From Callorhinchus milii (Eukaryota), in the NCBI RefSeq assembly GCF_018977255.1, contig NW_024704742.1, forward strand, positions 76,448,001-76,512,000: 64,000 nt of DNA, written 5' to 3'. The first letter of the stretch is position 1. Each line of letters begins with the position of its first letter. A model generated the notes under the pieces. The model did no database searches, was not told the DNA's origin, and saw only the letters and a list, made by a program, of their open reading frames with translations. The translations under genes were made by a program, and so were the position numbers. Below are positions 28,146 through 38,600 of the stretch, one piece after another.

Positions 28146-29480
28146 TTGTTTTTTTTCGAAAGGGAAGATCAACTGCAAACTCTTCCCACTCAGCTCCTGT
28201 TAACCTTACAAGCCAAAGCCCCAAAGGTGGTCCTAGCTGGACAAGCAGCATGGAAACTTGCCAGACAGTGCTTTCAATAGCAAGCTATGCGATTTTAGCT
28301 GGTTAGACTCCAGCACACACTGTGAGGTGTCCCAAGCCTTGACTCTTGCCAACCTGCAGCTGTTTTTTGCTGGACTTAGGTAAACAAGGTGCATCCCTCC
28401 AGGGAGAGAGTGTGTATTCCATAGGGGTTTCAGGATGCACGTGCACCATCACAGATGTGAAATAAAATTAGTAAATTTAAAAATGTAACTTTGGGGGTGA
28501 AAATTGCTTTTTTACCAATTGATTTTCACTCAAAACTGAAAATTGGGTTAAAAACTATTTTAATTGTGCAAACCATGACTAATGAAGGGGCATCTCATAT
28601 TTATAAATGATATTCCAAATTAGCATTCCATGATAATCAAATCAGAACAAAGCTGTTAGATTTGTTTTTAAGCATAAGGGAAAATTGGATCAGTATCTAG
28701 TCTGACCAAGCTAGACTGAAATTGTTACTGGTCTGGTAGCTTTCTCTTCAGCCGAGACATGCTCCATACACCCTGTTAATATCAGACGAGGCTGTGAGCA
28801 CCTGTCTCTAGGTACCTCATCTTCTCTAACAATGGTAAAATATATCTGATCAGGAGTTCAGAACGCCACACACACGCAATATAATTTACAGTTTTATAGA
28901 GCCTTTATCTTTGAAAGGATGTCTCAAAGGGCTTTCACCGTATTCAGTACTACACACCCACACACACATAAGCATTCCTCTTTTATTCAGAACTGGCCTA
29001 CTTCACGTGTCCCACTTCACCCGCTCCACCACTGGTGGTCAGACTTTCAGAATATCTTCCCCCACTCTCTGGAACACCAACCCGGAGTCCGTTCACCTTG
29101 CCCCTTCACTCCTTCAAGGTGACTCAAGACTTTCCTCTTTGACTGGCTGGTCTCCACACCTCCCTCCCCGCCCTCTGGCCTCCAGCTTCTGCTCAGGTGC
29201 AAACCTGGGACTATTGGGATATCTTCCCGATGTGAAATGTGCTATATGAATGGAGTCACCCACAAATATACAGTCAATTCACTTTACAGTGTATTCTGTG
29301 AAGCGCTTTGAGACGTCTAGAAGGCTTGAAAAGTGCTAGATCAAGTGTATGGATTATTATTATTATATTATAAGTGTGTCTTGTATTAAATGCTTCATAA
29401 GTTAGAATTTTACATTTACCCAAGCACTGCAATTGCATTCCCAGAGTGTAAAATGGCATTATCCAATTAGTGGTACTCAC

Positions 29481-29601
29481 TCAAGCACAACCAGTCACTG
29501 AAGTCTCCACATTTCTACTTGGTGTTTCATCTTGAGGCCCGCTGTTCAAAGTCTCCACTTCCTCTCGCTTATTCCTTTCTTTGCGTTTCCTGTGAGACCG
29601 A
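29481..29601 (-). CDS. btc: btc coding exon 5 (cytoplasmic tail and stop)
   Basis: Acceptor ttctctttcttcttcttAG; encodes [18 protein letters not shown]...GCA*. TGA is followed immediately by donor GTGAGT, implying a separate 3'UTR exon as in mammalian BTC. Confidence 0.93.
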
Positions 29602-32600
29602 CTAAGAAGAAGAAAGAGAATCAATCAAGCAATCAATCAGTCGCCCGTAAAAAGTATATTTTCTGAGTGGCAAGTTATTTTATATCAGATATTCCAGATT
29701 ACAGTACAAACATCTCTAACGATAATCATACCCCCCTGATTTACAAGACTTTTCATCGCTTTTTGAAAATAGCTAGGTTATGATTGCTAATGAGAAGATA
29801 CGAAAGTACGGATGATACTTAACTGTACACAAATAAATATGATTACTATCAGGATGATGAATATCGCCAGTGCCAAAATCAGGCCGATGATAATGTGATT
29901 ACGGTCTTCTTTCTGAAATAAGATATCCACCAGCTCACATCTGGAACCAACGAAACCAGATTTGCACCTGGCACAAATAAAAATAAAAATAAATGTGTTA
30001 TTAAAGATATTGTTAAAGTTGAGGTCAGCTGTACTATGTTGCACACTAAAGATTTGTTTTTATAATCTAGCAATCTGAGCAAAATTTGTATTTGTTATAT
30101 TTTTCACTTCATGTAGACTTGTTCAAACTTAAAGGACAAGAAGCAATTATATCTAAGAAAATACTATACAATAAAACAGGGCAATCTGTAAGAAATTTTC
30201 ACTGGTGAGGATTTAAAGGGGTAATTTTATCCCACAGCCAGAAACATTAAAAACAGATTTCTACAGTTTCATGTATTCATGTTTCATGTATTTGTTTCAA
30301 ACCTTAGGTTAATTGAAATAATACGAACGCAGGGATCTAATAAATAATAATAATAATCCTTGCATTTGATATAGCGCCTTTACGTCTTCTCAACGTCTCA
30401 AAGAGCTTCACAGAATAGACTGTAAAGCGACTTGATTGTATATTTGTGGGCAAAACGCGGCAGCCAATTGCACACAGCAGCGTCCCACAAACAGTCGTGG
30501 ATTGAAGTGACCAATTTATTATTATTGTTTTGTTTTTGAGGGATTATTATTAGGCGTGTGGAGTAAGTAAACTTGCCCAAGGTTTCGCCCTGCCTGGAAT
30601 TGAACCCAGGTGTCTCGCTTGCAAGACGAGTGCTCTAACCACTGAGCTACAGGACTCCAGTAATACTACAAAGTCTTTGATTATTAAATAATATTCTGTA
30701 TAATTTGCTGAAAATTCTGTATAAACTGCCTAAACAGTGACCTCTTGGTGACTGCTGATGAAATCAAAATTACCTTTATTAATTTACTGGTGGGAAATTT
30801 TGAAATTACTGCTGGGGAATTCCTCGGGGCTAATGGGGATTTTCCCCAACATTTTATATGTTAAAAAATGCCCTGCAGCACAGGAAAACATCAATCTTTT
30901 GCTGGTACCTGCTCCTCCAATGGAACTAGATACCCTAAACCGAATTTCTTTCTCCATATTCCTTTAAGACTCACTATTTGTTGTTAACCCATCAGTAAAG
31001 CTTTCAGGAACTTTTCTTAGATTAAATAGACAAAATTCACCTTTCTATTAAAATAAATCTGGTCCCAGATATGACATAAGATATCATTTTTGAATGAAAT
31101 GGTGTCAGTGTGTCTTGGTTATAACATTCAAACCAATTATTGCATTTGGTATAATATCTAGAAATGAGTAGACTTGGGCCATTATCAACAAGTCAATGTA
31201 CAGTGTTATCATTTTGACATCAATCTTCTTTTGGAATAATTTTATGAACTGGAACTATGGTTCTATGGTAAGAAGACGTTCAAAATTGTGTACTGGGGAT
31301 AATTTAAACAAGCCTTTGAACCAGTAAAGGACAGTAATTAATGTATCAAAATGTAAGGATAATATTATTAACCCAACATTCCTCTTCAGATGCTGTTTGA
31401 CCAAAGGAGGATTTTGTGTTTTATTTCAGATTTCCAGCACCCAGAGTTCTTCTTTTCACCTAGAACCATAGAAATTTACAGCACCGAAAGAGGCCATTGG
31501 CCCATCATGACTGTGCGGGCTCCACTCCTTGAAATATTTTACCAACCAACATATACTTGCTCTTCTATTTTTCCTTCCAAAATGTATAACCTCATGTTTG
31601 TCAGCCTTAAGTTTTGTTTGCCATTTCTCTGCCCAATCAACTAATTGGTCTGTGCCCCAAAATTCCTTACACTCTTTTTCACTGTTAGCTACACTCCCAA
31701 TTTTTGTGTCATCTGCAAACTTAGATATCGATTCCTGATCATTTGTATGAATGCAGAAAAGCAGTGGTCCTAACACAACCCACTGGGGAACAACACTATT
31801 TGCATCACTCCATGGCAAATAATAACCCCACCCTCTGTTTTCTATACTTTACTAACTTTTGATCCAACCTCTGCAAATTCTGTCTGAATTTGGGACCAGA
31901 ACAAATGTTTATGTGATTGCTGAAAGAATTCAGCTTCAACATCCTTGGAGCCAGTCTAATCTATCAGCAACTAAGATTATGTTGAGACCTTGTACTGAGA
32001 ATGATATACAAGAATGAAATGCACTGCAAACATGTTTCACGTGAGTAAGCAAAGGGAAAGATCCAAGACATTCGATATATAATTAAACGCTGCTTTTGGC
32101 CAGAGACCAAGGAAGAGTCAACTGAGACCATAACAACTGAAGACCTCACACTGACCTCTGGTCTAAGATGTTGTTGGTGACTTGTTGCAAGATAAAAACT
32201 TCGTTCAAACTTGTATTTTGAAAATAATACAATCTTTAAAGAACATCTTTGCAGCACTAAAAGATTAGATGAATGACTATGAATTCATGCAAAGCCCATA
32301 AACTACAATGTGAACTTTCCCTGATGTGAATGATATCAGGGAGATCCTATTGCCCACAGTGGAAGAAGGGCTCGTGAACAGGCAATGGTAATAATAATAG
32401 TAATATTAATAATCCTTGCATTTGAGATAACACCTTATCATGTAATTGAGATGTCTCGAAACACTTCACAGAATATTTTTGTACAGTAGAACTGTATTTT
32501 GTGGAAGAAATGCAGCAGCCAACTGCGTACAACAGTGTCTCACATACAGTCATAAATTGAACGACCTAATTTTTTTGGCGGGGTTTAGGAGGAATTAAAA

Positions 32601-35600
32601 CCCCCGGAAAGTGATCCACTAACCTATTCACAACCAGATTCCTATTAACTGCTAGGTAAACAGAGGTGTGTGGAGTAAGGAAACTTACCTAAGATTTTGC
32701 CACGCCTGGGAATCCAACTCAAGTCCTCCCTGTTTGCGAAGCAAGCGCACTAACCACTACCCTACAGGACTCCGTACTAATACAATGTGTTCTTAGAGAC
32801 TGATTCAGGAAGAAAGTGTTGGACATTTCCAAACTTCTCTATCATCCATTTCTATTCAATTAGAGGCCATTTGTAACATTATTTCAAGGTCACAGTTGAA
32901 GTTATGTGGAAATTGGTCATTAAGATGTTGTTTTAGATCATTGATTTATTGATTTATTGTGCCCAAACCTTCCATCACAATTCGTCATTTTTTAAACCAA
33001 TCTTCACTGATACATACAATACCACTTTTTTGTGAAAGTCGAGCAGTAAAACACTATAAAGAAAAACAATACAGCTTTAGTAGGGAAAACCTAGCCTTCT
33101 TTGCCAAAGTCCTGAAACGCAATGTTGCAAGCCACCTTCAGTCACACCTCTACCTCCACTCCCTCCTCGAGCCCCTACAGTCTGGTTTTCACCCTGCCCA
33201 GCACTTGTCAAAGTCACAAAGGACATTCTCTCTATCTGTGACCAGGGCTTCCTCTACCTCCTCGACCTCCTGGATCTTTCTGCCACGTTCAACACAGTCG
33301 ACCACGCCATCCTCCTCTATCGGCTCTCCTCCCTCATCCACCTTAGTGGGACCGCACTCACATGGTTCGAGTCCTACTTAACCAACCGCCTCCATTTTAT
33401 CTCAGCAAATGGTTTCTCCTCCCACCCCCACCCAGTCACCAGCGGGGTACCTCAGGGCTCCATCCTTAGCCCTCTTCTTTTCCTTATCTACCCCCTACCT
33501 ACCTGCCCGTACCCTCCGTTCCTCTGGCTCTGGTCTGCTCCACGTCCCCCGCCCCAACCGCCCTACCATCGGTGGTCGGGCCTTCAGCCTCTCAGCCCCC
33601 AAGCTCTGGAACTCCATCCCCCAGTGCCTTCGCCTTGCTTCCTCCCTTTCCTCCTTCAAGGCCGGTCTCAAAACCTTTCTCTTTGACCGTGCCTTCAGCT
33701 CCCCTCTCGACTCTCTTCCCCCTCCTCGCTCCCTCCCTTCCCTCCCCTCACCCTGACCATTTCCCCCTCCTTGCTCCCTCCCTTCCCTCACCCTGACCAT
33801 TTCCCCCCTCCTCGCTCCCTCCCTTCCCTCCCCTCACCCTGACCATTTCCCCCCTGCTCGGGTCATGACCCAACTGTGCAGCGCCTTGGGACGTCCTCCT
33901 GACGTGAAGGGCGCTTTATAAATGGAATCTTGTTGTTGTTGTTGTTGTTATCTACACGCTCCCTCTGGGAGATGTCATCCACAGACACGGGGTCAACTTC
34001 CACATGTTTGTGGATGACACACAAATCTACTTTGTTTCCTCCAGTACCAACTCCAGGTCCGCCACACTCCATTTACTCCCTGACACCTCCCTATCTCTCC
34101 AACCTCCTCACTCCACAATCCACCGCCCAGCGCCTATGCTCAACTGGCACTGGCCTCTTGCTCATCCCTCGCACCCCCCACCCCACCATCAGAGGTCGTG
34201 CTTTCAGCCACTATGCCCAAAACTCTGGAACACTCTTCCTTAATCCCTCCGCCTTGCCCATCTCTCCCCTCTTTCAAGTATCGTCTGAAAACTTCCCTCT
34301 TCGATCGTGCTTATGGCCACCTCCCCCTCCCCCTTTCCCCCAGCTCGGAGTTAGGCTCTGCCACTGTTAAGCACTCTAGGACGCTACCTTGTGGAGGGCG
34401 CTATATAAGTGCAAGTTGTTTTTCGTTTTGAAAAGATCCTGCCTGACTAACGTCATAAACTTTGGAGGAAGTGACTTCCAAAATTAATATTCTGAATCCA
34501 AATGACAATATAATTAGACCTCACAAAATGTAACACACAATGAAATTCCTTTATAAGCAACTGGGGCCTATCATGAGAAATGTGTAAAGAATGTGAACAC
34601 ATAGGTATTGTGAGCCACGTGTAAACCATGTGTAAACAAAAACATGTGCGCAGAATTATTGCTGACTTTGATTGGGCAATTAACCACCAATCCAAAGCAT
34701 CACAGGTAATTCTGTTTGCACAACTCATTTGATACACACAGGTTTACAGCTCATATAACAGATATCATATGGCAGTCCCTTTAATCGGTTACTGATTCAT
34801 ATACTCAGCTTACCCATACAAAGTAAAATGAGGATATGAATCAGTAACCGATTAAAATGCCCAAAAGCGAGAGTAGTTGTAAGGAGAGCTAGATATAATA
34901 GAGGAGAATGATGAAAAAATGTATTCAGCTGAATGTCTTGGGGATCAGTGCAAGAACTCCCTCCTATTCCTTGTGTACATTAACATCCTGAAATCACAGA
35001 CTCAATTGTAAGACTCAAGGTCACCAACCTAAGGGGGACTGTGGAATCAATGGGGGCAGACAAGATCTTACAATGAACAGCTAACTGAATTCAGAACACC
35101 AAAGTCACACTCAAGATTCACTGGTCAGGCACCAATGGGAGTTTTATATGCAATTTATGGCTATAGCACTTTGGGACACCCTCCTGACTTGAAAGACACT
35201 ATTACTCTCCAACAAAGTATTCCAGTGCAGTTCTATTAACTCCCTCCTCATCCTCTCAATATCTCTGCGCAATCACAGCCTGACGAGGAAGGGTGAAATG
35301 ACGCTAGGCACTCCAGTATACTTACACACATGAAGGTTGCTGCTCACTCACAAAGAAACGACAGCTTCCTTCAACACAGTAGTTTGTGTATTTTTCTTCA
35401 CATTTGGTGAAGTGTTCTGACTGGGTCGCTTCTGCAATAAAAAGACCAAAACTTTAAATTTTGGAAGATTGGATTTAGAATGAAAAGGTCAAAGTGAAAT
35501 AAAGGGGTATTTCACATAATTATAGATTGCCAGTGTAGTCTGAAAAAATAACTGAGCACAGCAATAAATATCAGCCTTTTTATATATACCTTGTATTACT

Positions 35601-38600
35601 AGCAATATAAGGCAATTACAAAAACAACTTTATTTATAAAGCACCCCTCATAGGATGTAGCGTCTCAAAGGCTGGACTCTACACTAACACCCCAGAGCAG
35701 TATCAAGGGTGAGTCTGCTGCATTCTGGAGAAGGCGGGTGGAAGTAAGCAGGTATCTGTTGGTATGGGTGAAGAGATAGATTTAAGAGGATTTTAAAGGC
35801 ACAGAGAATGAGGTGGAGTAATTTAAGGAGGGAGTTCGAGATGATGGAGGCAGTGTGGCTAAAGATTTGCCTGCTAATGACATGGAGGGAATGAGGAACG
35901 GGCAACATGCACAGGTTCAGAGTGGTGAGGGCAAACAGGAATGTGAGGTTGGAGAAGCTCTCAGAGTAGGGAGAGATGAGGCAGTGTGAAGATTTGTAGG
36001 TGAGAGTGAGGATTGTGAAATTATCAACTAGGAGACATGAGATGGTGGAGTCTGGTGAGCATGAGATTTTTTGGGGTATGGGAAACTTAAGTGGGATTAG
36101 GATGAGCCATCTCAAAACACTGTATTGAAAAATCGAGTGGGAGCCCAAGGTGATAGGGAAATTGAAGGGGGNAAAAAGAGGGGTAGGTTGCCAAAGCCAA
36201 TCAAAGATATACGATTTTAAAGAATGAGACAGAGAGAGCTTGCACTGTAAGTTTTTGGTTAACACTATAGTCAATTTATATTTTGTTTAATGACTCATTA
36301 TCAGCACTGCTTCCATATCCACAATGGGGCCTGTCCCAATTAATACAAATATTGGACTCAGCATCATTTTCATCTGCCCCATTTATTTCCCACAGAACAT
36401 TTTGTTAAATACTTTCACAAATAACAAGCTTAAAGGCGATTTATATTGAATAGAAAGAAAGCAGGCAGTGAATTTTTTCAACCTCAGAGTACTGCTGACA
36501 TTTAGGAATTGTTTGAGGTCAATTCCTAGGATTTATATCATCACTAGAACTGTTACATATAGCCATGCTCTGACTTAGCAATTATGCTTTATTGTGTTTG
36601 TTTCAAAGAACTGAGGCTGAGGTTGATTGATTCTAAAAACTAAAGGGATTGAGGGATATGGGGATAGGGCAGGTAAATGGAATTAGGTTAGAAGATCAGC
36701 CATGATCTTATTAAATGGCAGGGCAGGCTCGAGGAACCGAATGGCCTACTTCTGCTCCTACTTCTTGTAGTCTTATGCAACATTGCTATCAATGGATTAT
36801 TTTGCTTCTATCCAGTCTGGCACTCATTAAAGGCATAGCAATGTAATGAGAACACCGAATGAGATCACTGCTTCCTGTTGATGAACAGGCATCAGGAAAA
36901 CACTGATAATACATCAAGTCACTACATAAAGAACTAGAGGAATAATGACATCGTTGAATTTGATATAGTGCCTCATCATGTCATCAACACATGTCAAACT
37001 GCTTCATGGAAATTGCTGTAAAGTATATTTGTAGGCAAACACAGCAACCAATTTGCACACAGCAATGTCCATGTCCCACAGACGCCATGGAACAAATTAC
37101 CTTTTTTATTTGCAGGATTGTTGGCTAAGACATCGGGAGAAATTCCCTTCTCTTTTTGAATAGTGTCATGGGATCTTTAACTTCTATCTAAACAGGCAGA
37201 CAGGATCTCCATTTAACTTCTTATCCAAAGGATTATCATGAGAGAGAAGGGAATGGAGGGGTGAGGGAAGGGGAATTAGGATGGATGGAGGTTCATATAT
37301 CTATACTAATAAAATGACAATATCTATGTGCGCGTGTGTGTATCAGCCAGGATCTCAATAACCGATTGACGTAGAGACATGATTTATACATCATTGGAAA
37401 GGTCTTGCATCTAGAAGTGTCATGGGCATATTTGTTTTGGGGGATCTCCTACTGTTGACGAGCTAAGACCTAGACCAGCTCATCAAATATGTATGGCAAT
37501 TTTGCGTTTGCACTGCAGTTACACCTAGTGGCTGTGCCGAATCACAGTGGCGCTGTGACATCGTGCATCACAGAGCATGTACGTACGTATGCACGCCCGC
37601 AGTACGCACTCAGATGAAGCCAAGCGGCAGAAACAAGATAACCAATAACAACAACGGGAACAAGATAAACAACGACGACAAAGAAATTTAATTTATAAAG
37701 CGCCTTTCACTGTGGGAGGACGTCCCAGTGATCATAAATTATAAATTTATATTTATCATTATAAAGATGCCTAAGCGAAGATCAAGCCTTTCAAGGGTAA
37801 ATAAAAATGCTAGTCAAAAGAGAGAAGGCCGATTAAATGAAACTGAAGAACAAAGAACAGCATGGCTGGACTTCAATGCAGAAAGGCATATGATAAACAA
37901 CGGTGATGCCAGCAACGTAGGTCAACTGGTCATCTTGCCATCCAGTTGCACTGGGGAGCCATGGTTTATGCACAAAAAAAACTGAATATATTGTGCAATG
38001 TGCGAGCATACAGTTGACCTGACCTCACATTCACTTGCAACCATAATTGGGAGGAGATCCAGCAGGAACTGTTGCCTGAACAGAAGCCACAGGACCACCA
38101 TGAACTCATAACCAGGGTTCTCCACCTCATAAACTGATGGAGCTTATCACCAAAAATCATGTCTTTGGCAAAGTCCGTTGTTACCTTTACACCAGTGAGT
38201 AGTAAAAGTGTGATCTTTCCCATGCACATGTTCTGCTGTGGCTCATCAAAAAGGTACGGTCTAACCAAATCGACAATGACATCTCTGCAGAACTGCCAAA
38301 CCCAGAGTCTTGTGTATATTTGCCCACAAATATACAGTCAATTCACTTTACAGCATATCTCTGTGAAGCGCTTTGGGTCGTCTAGAAGACGTGAAAAGCG
38401 CTATATCAAATGCCAGGATTATTATTATTATTATTGTGCTCTTTGAAATCATAAAGAAACACATGGTTCTTGACCCATGTGGACAATTCAACAGAAAATC
38501 TCCCTGCATGAAAGATGGCTCCTGCTCAAAGCATATCCGAGGAACTTCCTGCAGGAGACCTGAACAGCTCATGATGGATTCCATGCAGTACTGACAAACA

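Noticed and set aside
26719..28251. 510-aa ORF as a host gene
   Set aside because: It is the L2 APE region read through from an upstream non-coding repeat, and it ends at a premature TGA where Trp is expected.
30585..30658. tRNA-Ala-like gene (also at 48345, 50418, 55931, 32773)
   Set aside because: These are SINE heads: each continues into a SINE body and L2-type tail, and one has a clear TSD.
36172..36172. Single N base
   Set aside because: Assembly ambiguity within a degraded L2 region; not a biological feature.
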